DNA of 64,000 nucleotides from Eledone cirrhosa (Eukaryota), in assembly GCA_964016885.1 (NCBI GenBank), contig OZ024743.1, positions 321,656,001 to 321,720,000 on the forward strand. The letters are read 5' to 3'. Positions 13,266-26,560 of the stretch are shown here, in pieces (the stretch's first letter is position 1; each line of letters opens with the position of its first letter). Made by a program: the position numbers and the translations under genes. The notes below the pieces were generated by a model. That model was given only the letters and a program-made list of their open reading frames with translations, made no database searches and was not told the DNA's origin.

Positions 13266-16200
13266 AGCAACATTGTGTTGAAGTGGTGCCACACAGCAAC
13301 ATTGTACTGAAGTGGGGCCACACAGCAACATTGTGTTGAAGTGGAGGCCACACAGCAACATTGTGCTGAAGTGGAGCCACATAGCAACATTGTCCTGAAG
13401 TCGAGCCACACAGCAACATTGTGTTGAAGTGGAACCACACAGCAACATTGTGTTGAAGTGGACCCACACAGCAATATAGTGTTGAGGTGGAGCCACACAA
13501 CAACATTGTGTTGAAGTGGACCTACACAGCAACATTGTGTTGAAGTGGAGCCAGACAGCGCAACATTGTGTTGAAGTAGAGCCACATAGCAGCATTGTCC
13601 TGAAGTGGAACCACACAGCAACATTAGTGCTGAAGTGGAGCCACATAGCAACATTGTCCTGAAGTGGAGCCACATAGTAACTTGTCCTGAAGTGGAGCTA
13701 CACAGCAACATTGTGCTGAAGTGGAGTCACACAGCAACATTGTATTTAAGTGGTGTCACACAGCAACATTGTGCTGAAGTGGAGCCACACAGCAACATTG
13801 TGTTCAGGTGGAGCCACATAGCAACATTGTGTTGAAGTGGAGACACACAGCAACATTGTGTTGAAGTGGAGCCACACAGCAAAATTGTATTGAAGTGGAG
13901 TCACACAGCGACATTGTGTTGAAGTGGAGCCACACACCAACATTGTGCTGAAGTGGAGCCACACAGCAACATTGTGTTGAAATGGAGCCACACAGCAACA
14001 TTGTGTTGAAGGGGACCCACACAGCAACATTGTGTTGAAGTGGAGCCACACAGCAACATTGTGTTGAAGTGGAGCCACACAGCAACATTGTGCTGAAGTG
14101 GAGCCACACAGCAACATTGTGTTGAAGTGGAGCCACACAGCAATATTGTGTTCAAGTGGAGCCACATAGCAACATTGTGTTGAAGTGGAGACACACAGCA
14201 ACATTGTGTTGAAGTGGAGCCACATAGCAACATTGTGTTGAAGTGGTGCCACATAGCAACATTGTGTTGAAGTGGAGACACACAGCAACATTGTGTTGAA
14301 GTGGAGCCACACAGCAACATTGTGTTGAAGTGGAGCCACACAGCAATATTGTGTTGAAGTGGCCCCACACAGCAACATTGTGTTGAAGTGGAGCCACACA
14401 GCAACATTGTGTTGAAGTGGAGCCACACAGCAACATTGTGTTGAAGTGGATCCACACATCAACATTGTGTTGAAGTGGAGCCACACAGCAATATTGTGTT
14501 CAAGTGGAGCCACATAGCAACATTGTGTTGAAGTGGAGAAACACAGCAACATTGTGTTGAAGTGGTGCCACATAGCAACATTGTGTTGAAGTGGTGCCAC
14601 ATAGCAACATTGTGTTGAAGTGGAGACACACAGCAACATTGTGTTGAAGTGGAGCCACACAGCAATATTGTGTTGAAGTGGACCCACACAGCAACATTGT
14701 GTTGAAGTGGAGCCACACAGCAACATTGTGTTGAAGTGGAGCCACACAGCAACATTGTGTTGAAGTGGAACCACACAGCAACATTGTGTTGAAGTGGAGC
14801 CACACAGCAACATTGTGTTGAAGTGGAGCCACACAGCAATATTGTGTTGAAGTGGACCCACACAGCAACGTTGTGTTGAAGTGGAGCCAGACATCAACAT
14901 TGTGTTGAAGTGGAGCCACACAGCAACATTGTGTTGAAGTGGAGCCAAACAGCAACATTGTGTTGAAGTGGAGCCACACAGCAACATTGTGTTGAAGTGG
15001 AGCCACACAGCAACATTGTGTTGAAGTGGAGCCACACAGCAACATTGTGTTCAAGTGGACCCACACATCAACATCGTCTTGAAGTGGAGACACACAGCAA
15101 CATTGTGTTGAAGGGGAGCCACACAGCAACATTGTTTGGAGTGGATCCACACAGCAACATTGTGTTGAAGTGGAGCGACACAGCAACATTGTGCTGAAGG
15201 GGATCCACACAGCAACATTGTGTTGAAGTGGAGTCACACAGCGACATTGTGTTGAAGTGGAGCCACATAGCAACATTGTGTTGAAGTGGAGGCCACACAG
15301 CAACATTGTGCTGAAGTGGAGCTACACAGCAACATTGTGCTGAAGTGGAGTCACACAGCAACATTGTGTTGAAGTGGAGTCACACAGCAATATTGTGTTG
15401 ACGTGGACCCACACAGCAACATTGTGTTGAAGTGGAGCTACACAGCAACATTGTGCTGAAGTGGAGTCACACAGCAACATTGTGTTGAAGTGGAGCTACA
15501 CAGCAACATTGTGGTGAAGTGGAGCCACACAGCAACATTGTGTTGAAATGGTGCCACACAGCAACATTGTGTTGAAGTGGAACCACACAGCAACATTGTG
15601 TTGAAGTGAGGCCACACAGCAACATTGTGTTGAAGTGGGGCCACACAGCAACATTGTGTTGAAGTGGACCCACACAGCAACATTGTGCTGAAGTGGAGCC
15701 ACATAGCAACATTGTCCTGAAGTCGAGCCACATAGCAACATTGTGTTGAAGTGGTGCCACACAGCAACATTGTACTGAAGTGGGGCCACACAGCAACATT
15801 GTGTTGAAGTGGAGGCCACACAGCAACATTGTGCTGAAGTGGAGCCACATAGCAACATTGTCCTGAAGTCGAGCCACACAGCAACATTGTGTTGAAGTGG
15901 AACCACACAGCAACATTGTGTTGAAGTGGACCCACACAGCAATATAGTGTTGAGGTGGAGCCACACAACAACATTGTGTTGAAGTGGACCTACACAGCAA
16001 CATTGTGTTGAAGTGGAGCCAGACAGCGCAACATTGTGTTGAAGTAGAGCCACATAGCAGCATTGTCCTGAAGTGGAACCACACAGCAACATTAGTGCTG
16101 AAGTGGAGCCACATAGCAACATTGTCCTGAAGTGGAGCCACATAGTAACTTGTCCTGAAGTGGAGCTACACAGCAACATTGTGCTGAAGTGGAGTCACAC

Positions 16201-18209
16201 AGCAACATTGTATTTAAGTGGTGTCACACAGCAACATTGTGCTGAAGTGGAGCCACACAGCAACATTGTGTTCAGGTGGAGCCACATAGCAACATTGTGT
16301 TGAAGTGGAGACACACAGCAACATTGTGTTGAAGTGGAGCCACACAGCAAAATTGTATTGAAGTGGAGTCACACAGCGACATTGTGTTGAAGTGGAGCCA
16401 CACACCAACATTGTGCTGAAGTGGAGCCACACAGCAACATTGTGTTGAAATGGAGCCACACAGCAACATTGTGTTGAAGGGGACCCACACAGCAACATTG
16501 TGTTGAAGTGGAGCCACACAGCAACATTGTGTTGAAGTGGAGCCACACAGCAACATTGTGCTGAAGTGGAGCCACACAGCAACATTGTGTTGAAGTGGAG
16601 CCACACAGCAATATTGTGTTCAAGTGGAGCCACATAGCAACATTGTGTTGAAGTGGAGACACACAGCAACATTGTGTTGAAGTGGAGCCACATAGCAACA
16701 TTGTGTTGAAGTGGTGCCACATAGCAACATTGTGTTGAAGTGGAGACACACAGCAACATTGTGTTGAAGTGGAGCCACACAGCAACATTGTGTTGAAGTG
16801 GAGCCACACAGCAATATTGTGTTGAAGTGGCCCCACACAGCAACATTGTGTTGAAGTGGAGCCACACAGCAACATTGTGTTGAAGTGGAGCCACACAGCA
16901 ACATTGTGTTGAAGTGGATCCACACATCAACATTGTGTTGAAGTGGAGCCACACAGCAATATTGTGTTCAAGTGGAGCCACATAGCAACATTGTGTTGAA
17001 GTGGAGAAACACAGCAACATTGTGTTGAAGTGGTGCCACATAGCAACATTGTGTTGAAGTGGTGCCACATAGCAACATTGTGTTGAAGTGGAGACACACA
17101 GCAACATTGTGTTGAAGTGGAGCCACACAGCAATATTGTGTTGAAGTGGACCCACACAGCAACATTGTGTTGAAGTGGAGCCACACAGCAACATTGTGTT
17201 GAAGTGGAGCCACACAGCAACATTGTGTTGAAGTGGAACCACACAGCAACATTGTGTTGAAGTGGAGCCACACAGCAACATTGTGTTGAAGTGGAGCCAC
17301 ACAGCAATATTGTGTTGAAGTGGACCCACACAGCAACGTTGTGTTGAAGTGGAGCCAGACATCAACATTGTGTTGAAGTGGAGCCACACAGCAACATTGT
17401 GTTGAAGTGGAGCCAAACAGCAACATTGTGTTGAAGTGGAGCCACACAGCAACATCGTGTTGAAGTGGAGCCACACAGCAACATTGTGTTGAAGTGGAGC
17501 CACACAGCAACATTGTGTTCAAGTGGACCCACACATCAACATCGTCTTGAAGTGGAGACACACAGCAACATTGTGTTGAAGGGGAGCCACACAGCAACAT
17601 TGTTTGGAGTGGATCCACACAGCAACATTGTGTTGAAGTGGAGCGACACAGCAACATTGTGCTGAAGGGGATCCACACAGCAACATTGTGTTGAAGTGGA
17701 GTCACACAGCGACATTGTGTTGAAGTGGAGCCACATAGCAACATTGTGTTGAAGTGGAGGCCACACAGCAACATTGTGCTGAAGTGGAGCTACACAGCAA
17801 CATTGTGCTGAAGTGGAGTCACACAGCAACATTGTGTTGAAGTGGAGTCACACAGCAATATTGTGTTGACGTGGACCCACACAGCAACATTGTGTTGAAG
17901 TGGAGCTACACAGCAACATTGTGCTGAAGTGGAGTCACACAGCAACATTGTGTTGAAGTGGAGCTACACAGCAACATTGTGGTGAAGTGGAGCCACACAG
18001 CAACATTGTGTTGAAATGGTGCCACACAGCAACATTGTGTTGAAGTGGAACCACACAGCAACATTGTGTTGAAGTGAGGCCACACAGCAACATTGTGTTG
18101 AAGTGGGGCCACACAGCAACATTGTGTTGAAGTGGACCCACACAGCAACATTGTGCTGAAGTGGAGCCACATAGCAACATTGTCCTGAAGTCGAGCCACA
18201 TAGCAACAT
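13266..18209. repeat. Near-identical tandem duplication, unit 2468 bp (85 monomers + 3 nt)
   Basis: Matching ORFs 13605/16073, 13746/16214, 13901/16369 and 15068/17536. One difference noticed (aacattgt near 14988 vs aacatcgt near 17456). Confidence 0.95.
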
Positions 18210-18339
18210 CGTCCTGAAGTGGAGCTACACAGCAACATTGTGCTGAAGTGGAGTCACACAGCAACATTGTGTTGAAGTGGAGCCACACAGCAACATTGTG
18301 TTGAAGGGGAGCCACACAGCAACATTGTGTTGAAGTGGA

Positions 18340-20150
18340 GCCTCACAGCAACATTGTGTCGAAGTGGAGCCACACAGCAACATTGTGTTGAAATGGTGCC
18401 ACACAGCAACATTGTGTTGAAGTGGAGCCACACATCAACATTGTGTTGAAGTGGAGCCACACAGCAACATTGTGTTGAAGTGGAGCCACATAGCAACATT
18501 GTGTTGAAGTGGAGACACACAGCAACATTGTGTTGAAGTGGTGTCACATAGCAACATTGTGTTGAAGTGGAGCTACACAGCAATATTGTGTTGAAGTGGA
18601 CCTACACAGCAACATTGTGTTGAAGTGGAGCCACACATCAACATTGTGTTGAAGTGGAGCCACACAGCAACGTTGTGTTGAAGTGGAGCCACACAGCAAC
18701 ATTGTGTTTAAGTGGAGCCACACAGCAACATTGTGTTGAAGTGGAGCCACACAGCAACATTGTGTTGAAGTGGACCTACACAGCAACATTGTGTTCAAGT
18801 GGAGCCAAACAGCGCAACATTGTGTTGAAGTAGAGCCACATAGCAGCATTGTCCTGAAGTGGAACCACACAGCAACATTAGTGCTGAAGTGGAGCCACAT
18901 AGCAACATTGTCCTGAAGTGGAGCCACATAGCAACATTGTCCTGAAGTGGAGCTACACAGCAACATTGTGCTGAAGTGGAGTCACACAGCAACATTGTGT
19001 TGAAGTGGTGCCACACAGCAACATTGTACTGAAGTGGGGCCACACAGCAACATTGTGTTGAAGTGGAGCCACACAGCAAGATTGTGCTGAAGTGGAGCCA
19101 CATAGCAACATTGTCCTGAAGTCGAGCCACACAGCAACATTGTGTTGAAGTGGAACCACACAGCAACATTGTGTTGAAGTGGACCCACACAGCAATATAG
19201 TGTTGAGGTGGAGCCACACAACAACATTGTGTTGAAGTGGACCTACACAGCAACATTGTGTTGAAGTGGAGCCAGACAGCGCAACATTGTGTTGAAGTAG
19301 AGCCACATAGCAGCATTGTCCTGAAGTGGAACCACACAGCAACATTAGTGCTGAAGTGGAGCCACATAGCAACATTGTCCTGAAGTGGAGCCACATAGTA
19401 ACTTGTCCTGAAGTGGAGCTACACAGCAACATTGTGCTGAAGTGGAGTCACACAGCAACATTGTATTTAAGTGGTGTCACACAGCAACATTGTGCTGAAG
19501 TGGAGCCACACAGCAACATTGTGTTCAGGTGGAGCCACATAGCAACATTGTGTTGAAGTGGAGACACACAGCAACATTGTGTTGAAGTGGAGCCACACAG
19601 CAAAATTGTATTGAAGTGGAGTCACACAGCGACATTGTGTTGAAGTGGAGCCACACACCAACATTGTGCTGAAGTGGAGCCACACAGCAACATTGTGTTG
19701 AAATGGATCCACACAGCAACATTGTGTTGAAGGGGACCCACACAGCAACATTGTGTTGAAGTGGAGCCACACAGCAACATTGTGTTGAAGTGGAGCCACA
19801 CAGCAACATTGTGCTGAAGTGGAGCCACACAGCAACATTGTGTTGAAGTGGAGCCACACAGCAATATTGTGTTCAAGTGGAGCCACATAGCAACATTGTG
19901 TTGAAGTGGAGACACACAGCAACATTGTGTTGAAGTGGAGCCACATAGCAACATTGTGTTGAAGTGGTGCCACATAGCAACATTGTGTTGAAGTGGAGAC
20001 ACACAGCAACATTGTGTTGAAGTGGAGCCACACAGCAACATTGTGTTGAAGTGGAGCCACACAGCAATATTGTGTTGAAGTGGCCCCACACAGCAACATT
20101 GTGTTGAAGTGGAGCCACACAGCAACATTGTGTTGAAGTGGAGCCACACA
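18340..20150. repeat. Dispersed copy of ~12650-14430 (offset about 5721-5722)
   Basis: ORF pairs 12822/18544, 13605/19326 and 13804/19525. Shared rare variants gtgtcgaag, attgtactg, aatatagtgttgagg, gtaacttgtcc and ggcccc. Confidence 0.85.
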
Positions 20151-23100
20151 GCAACATTGTGTTGAAGTGGAGCCACACAGCAACATTGTGTTGAAGTGGA
20201 GCCACACAGCAACATTGTGTTGAAGTGGAGCCACACAGCAACATTGTGTTGAAGTGGAGCCACACAGCAATATTGTGTTGAAGTGGACCCACACAGCAAC
20301 ATTGTGTTGAAGTGGAGCCAGACATCAACATTGTGTTGAAGTGGAGCCACACAGCAACATTGTGTTGAAGTGGAGCCAAACAGCAACATTGTGTTGAAGT
20401 GGAGCCACACAGCAACATCGTGTTGAAGTGGAGCCACACAGCAACATTGTGTTGAAGTGGAGCCACACAGCAACATTGTGTTGAAGTGGACCCACACATC
20501 AACATCGTCTTGAAGTGGAGACACACAGCAACATTGTGTTGAATGGGAGCCACACAGCAACATTGTTTGGAGTGGATCCACACAGCAACATTGTGTTGAA
20601 GTGGAGCGACACAGCAACATTGTGCTGAAGGGGATCCACACAGCAACATTGTGTTGAAGTGGAGTCACACAGCGACATTGTGTTGAAGTGGAGCCACATA
20701 GCAATATTGTGTTGAAGTGGACCCACACAGCAACATTGTCCTGAAGTGGAGCTACACAGCAACATTGTGCTGAAGTGGAGTCACACAGCAACAATGTGTT
20801 GAAGTGGTGCCACACAGCAACATTGTGCTGAAGTGGACCCACACACCAACATTGTGCTGAAGTGGAGCCACACAGCAACATTGTGTTGAAGTGGGGCCAC
20901 ACAGCAACATTGTGTTGAAGGGGAGCCACACAGCAACATTGTGTTGAAGTGGAGCCTCACAGCAACATTGTGTTGAAGTGGAGCCACACAGCAACATTGT
21001 GTTGAAATGGTGCCACACAGCAACATTGTGTTGAAGTGGAACCACACAGCAACATTGTGTTGAAGTGGAGCCACACAGCAACATTGTGTTCAAGTGGAGC
21101 CACATAGCAACATTATGTTGAAGTGGAGCCACACATCAACATTTTGTTGAAGTGGAGCCACACAGCAACATTGCGTTGAAGTGGAGCCACATAGCAACAT
21201 TGTGTTGAAGTGGAGACACACAGCAACATTGTGTTGAAGTGGTGTCACATAGCAACATTGTGTTGAAGTGGAGCCACACAGCAATATTGTGTTGAAGTGG
21301 ACCCACACAGCAACATTGTGTTGAAGTGGAGCCACACATCAACATCGTGTTGAAGTGGAGCCACACAGCAACGTTGTGTTGAAGTGGAGCCACACAGCAA
21401 CATTGTGTTGAAGTGGAGCCACACAGCAACATTGTGCTGAAGTGGAGCCACACAGCAACATTGTGTTGAAGTGGAGCCACACAGCAATATTGTATTCAAG
21501 TGGAGCCACATAGCAACATTGTGTTGAAGTGGAGACACACAGCAACATTGTGTTGAAGTGGAGCCACATAGCACCATTGTGTTGAAGTGGTGCCACATAG
21601 CAACATTGTGTTGAAGTGGAGACACACAGCAACATTGTGTTGAAGTGGAGCCACACAGCAATATTGTGTTGAAGTGGACCCACACAGCAACATTGTGTTG
21701 AAGTGGAGCCACATAGCAACATTGTGTTGAAGTGGTGCCACATAGCAACATTGTGTTGAAGTGGAGACACACAGCAACATTGTGTTGAAGTGGAGCCACA
21801 CAGCAACATTGTGTTGAAGTGGAGCCACACAGCAACATTGTGTTGAAGTGGAGTCACACAGCAACATTGTGTTGAAGTGGAGCCACACAGCAACATTGTG
21901 TTGAAGTGGAGCCACACAGCAATATTGTGTTGAAGTGGACCCACACAGCAACATTGTGTTGAAGTGGAGCCAGACATCAACATTGTGTTGAAGTGGAGCC
22001 ACACAGCAACATTGTGTTGAAGTGGAGCCAAACAGCAACATTGTGTTGAAGTGGAGCCACACAGCAACATCGTGTTGAAGTGGAGCCACACAGCAACTTT
22101 GTGTTGAAGTGGAGCCACACAGCAACATTGTGTTGAAGTGGACCCACACATCAACATCGTCTTGAAGTGGAGACACACAGCAACATTGTGTTGAAGTGGA
22201 GCGACACAGCAACATTGTGCTGAAGGGGATCCACACAGCAACATTGTGTTGAAGTGGAGTCACACAGCGACATTGTGTTGAAGTGGAGCCACATAGCAAC
22301 ATTGTGTTGAAGTGGAGGCCACACAGCAACATTGTGCTGAAGTGGAGCTACACAGCAACATTGTGCTGAAGTGGAGTCACACAACAACATTGTGTTGAAG
22401 TGGAGTCACACAGCAATATTGTGTTGACGTGGACCCACACAGCAACATTGTGTTGAAGTGGTCCCACACAGCAACATTGTGTTGAAGTGGGGCCACACAG
22501 CAACATTGTGTTGAAGAGGAGCCACACAACAACATTGTGTTGAAGTGGTGCCACAAAGCAACATTGTGTTGAAGTGTAGCCACATAGCAACACTGTGTTG
22601 AAGTGGAGCCACACAGCAACATTGTGTTGAAGTGGAGCCACACAGCAACATTGTGTTGAAGTGGACCCACACATCAACATCGTGTTGAAGTTTAGACACA
22701 CAGCAACATTGTGTTGAAGGGGAGCCACACAGCAACATTGTTTGGAGTGGATCCACACAGCAACATTGTGTTGAAGTGGAGCGACACAGCAACGTTGTGC
22801 TGAAGGGGAGCCACACAGCAACATTGTGTTGAAGTGGAGTCACACAGCGACATTGTGTTGAAGTGGAGCCACATAGCAACATTGTGTTGAAGTGGAGGCC
22901 ACACAGCAACATTGTGCTGAAGTGGAGCTACACAGCAACATTGTGCTGAAGTGGAGTCACACAGCAACATTGTGTTGAAGTGGAGTCACACAGCAATATT
23001 GTGTTGACGTGGACCCACACAGCAACATTGTGTTGAAGTGGAGCTACACAGCAACATTGTGCTGGAGTGGAGCTACACAGCAACATTGTGCTGAAGTGGA

Positions 23101-24429
23101 GTCACACAGCAACATTGTGTTGAAGTGAGGCTACACAGCAACATTGTGTTGAAGTGGAAACACACAGCAACATTGTGTTGAAGTGGAGCCACACAGCAAC
23201 ATTGTGTTGAAGGGGAGCCACACAGCAACATTGTGTTGAAGTGGACCCACACAGCAACATTGTGCTGAAGTGGAGCCACATAGCAACATTGTTCTGAAGT
23301 CGAGCCACACAGCAACATTGTGTTGAAGTTGAACCACACAGCAACATTGTGTTGAAGTTGAACCACACAGCAACATTGTGTTGAAGTGGACCCACACAGC
23401 AATATAGTGTTGAAGTGGAGCCACACAACAACATTGTGTTGAAGTGGACCTACACAGCATCATTGTGTTGAAGTGGAGCCAGACAGCGCAACATTGTGTT
23501 GAAGTAGAGCCACATAGCATCATTGTCCTGAAGTGGAACCACACAGCAACATTAGTGCTGAAGTGGAGCCACATAGCAACATTGTCCTGAAGTGGAGCCA
23601 CACAGCAACATTGTGTTGAAGTGGAGACACACAGCAACATTGTGTTGAAGTGGTGTCACATAGCAACATTGTGTTGAAGTGGAGCCACACAGCAATATTG
23701 TGTTGAAGTGGAACCACACAGCAACATTGTGTTGAAGTGGAGCCACACAGCAACATTGTGTTGAAGTGGAGCCACACAGCAAAATTGTATTGAAGAGGAG
23801 TCACACAGCGACATTGTGTTGAAGTGGAGCCACACACCAACATTGTGTTGAAGTGGAGCCACACAGCAACATTGTGCTGAAGTGGAGCCACACAGCAACA
23901 TTGTGTTGAAGTGGAGCCACACAGCAATATTGTGTTCAAGTGGAGCCACATAGCAACATTGTGTTGAAGTGGAGACACACAGCAACATTGTGTTGAAGTG
24001 GAGCCACATAGCAACATTGTGTTGAAGTGGTGCCACATAGCAACATTGTGTTGAAGTGGAGACACACAGCAACATTGTGTTGAAGTGGAGTCACACAGCA
24101 ACATTGTGTTGAAGTGGAGACACACAGAAAAATTGTGTTGAAGTGGACCCACACAGCAACATTGTGTTGAAGTGGAGCCACACATCAACATTGTGTTGAA
24201 GTGGAGCCACACAGCAACATTGTGTTGAAGTGGAGCCACACAGCAATTTTGTGTTGAAGTGGACCCACACAGCAACATTGTGTTGAAGTGGTCCCACACA
24301 GCAACATTGTGTTGAAGTGGGGCCACACAGCAACATTGTGTTGAAGAGGAGCCACACAACAACATTGTGTTGAAGTGGTGCCACAAAGCAACATTGTGTT
24401 GAAGTGTAGCCACATAGCAACACTGTGTT

Positions 24430-26290
24430 GAAGTGGAGCCACATATCAACACTGTGTTGAAGTGGAGCCACACAACAATATTGTGCTGAAGTTGAGCCAC
24501 ATAGCAATATTTTGGTGAAGTGGAGGCACACAGCAACATTGTGTTGAAGTGGAGCCACATAGCAACACTGTGTTGAAGTGGAGCCCCATAGCAACATTGT
24601 GCTGAAGTAGATCCACACAGCAACATTGTGCTGAATTAGAGCCACACTGCAACATTGTGCTGAAGTAGAGCCACACTGCAACATTGTGCTGAAGTAGAGC
24701 CACACAGCAACATAGTGCTGAAGTGGAGCCACACAGCAACATTGTGTTGAAGTGGAGCCACACAGCAACATTGTGTTGAAGTGGAGCCACACAGCAACAT
24801 TGAGTTTAAGTGGAGCCACACCGCAACATTGTGCTGAAGTGGAACCACACAGCAACATTGTGCTACAGTGGAGCCACACAGCAACATTGTGTTGAAGTGG
24901 TGCCACACAGCAACATTGTGTTGAAGTGGTGCCACACAGCAACGTTGTGTTGAAGTGGTGCCACACAGCAACATTGTGTTGAAGTGGTGCCACACAGCAA
25001 CATTGTGTTGAAGTGGTGCCACACAGCAACATTGTGTTGAAGTGGACCCACATAGCAACACTGTGTTGAAGTGGACCCACACAGAAACATTGTGTTGAAG
25101 TGGAGCCACACAGCAACATTGTGTTGAAGTAGCGCCACACAACAATATTGTGCTTAAGTGGAGCCACATAGCAATAATGTGCTGAGTGGAGCCACACAGC
25201 GATATTATGCTGAAGTGGAGCCACGCAGCAACATTGTGCTGAAGTAGAGCCACACAGCAACATTGTGCTGAAGTGGAGCCACACAGCAACATTGTGCTGA
25301 AGTAGAGCCACACGGCAACATAGTGCTGAAGTGGAGCCACGCAGCAACATTGTGCTGAAGTAGAGCCACACAGCAACATTGTGCTGAAGTAGAGCCATAC
25401 AGCAACATTGTGTTGAAGTGGAGCCACACAGTAACATTGTGCTGAAGTGGAGTCACACAGCAACACTGTGTTGAAGTGGTGCCACACAGCAACATTGTGT
25501 TGAAGTGGAGCCACACAGCAACATGGTGTTGAAGTGGTGCCACCCAGCAACATTGTGCTGAAGTGGAGTCAAATAGCAACATTGTGTTGAAGTGAGGCCA
25601 CACAGCAACATTGTGTTGAAGTGGTGCCACACAGCAACATTGAGTTGAAGTGGAGTCACACAGCAACATTGTGCTGAAGTGAGGTCACACAGCAACATCG
25701 TGCTGAAGTGGAGCCACACAGCAACATTGTGTTGAAGTGGAGCCACACATCCACATTGTGTTGAAGTGGATCCACATAGCAACATTGTGTTGAAGTAGAG
25801 CCACACAGCAACATTGTGCTGAAGTGGAGCCACGCAGCGACATTGTGCTGAAGTGGAGCCACACAGCAACATTGTGCTGAAGTGGAACCACACAGCAACA
25901 TTGTGCTGAAGTGAGGCCACACAGTAACATTTTGCTGAAGTGGAGTCACATAGCAACATTGTGTTGAAGTGGAGCCACATAGCAACATTGTGTTGAAGTG
26001 GAGCCACACAGCAACATTGTGTTGAAGTGGAGCCACACAGCAACATTGTGTTGAAGTGGAGTCACACAGCAACATTGTGTTGAAGTGGAGCCACACAGCA
26101 ACATTGAGTTTAAGTGGATCCACACCGCAACATTGTGCTGAAGTGGACCCACACAGCAATATTGTGCTGAAGTAGAGCTACACAGCAACATTGTGTTGAA
26201 GTGGAGTCACACAGCAATATTGTGTTAAAGGGGAGCCACACAGCAACATTGTGCTGAAGTAGAGCCTCACAGCAACATTGTGTTGAAGTT
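24430..26290. repeat. Diverged satellite sub-domain, copy 1
   Basis: Dense variants that are rare elsewhere: gtagag, cacactgc, gaattagag, ttgagtttaag, gctacagtg, aataatgtgctgagtg, gatattatg, cacccagc, gtcaaatag. Confidence 0.85.
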
Positions 26291-26560
26291 GAGCCACACA
26301 ACAACATTGTGTTGAAGTGGAGCCACACAGCAACATTGTGTTGAAGTGGTGCCACACAGCAACATTGTGTTGAATTGGTCCCACACAGCAACATTGTGTT
26401 GAAGTGGAGCCACACAGCAACATTGTGTTGAAGTGGAGCCACGCAGCAACATTGTGTTGAAGTGGAGCCACAAAGCAACATTGTGTTGAAGTGGAGCCAC
26501 ACAGCAACATTGTGTTGATGAGGAGCCACACAACAACATTGTGTTGAAGTGGTGCCACAA

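Noticed and set aside
11917-19556. Short plus-strand ORFs (66-76 aa)
   Set aside because: They exist only where variants or indels happen to skip the TGA present in each monomer, and they begin at GTG within the repeat.
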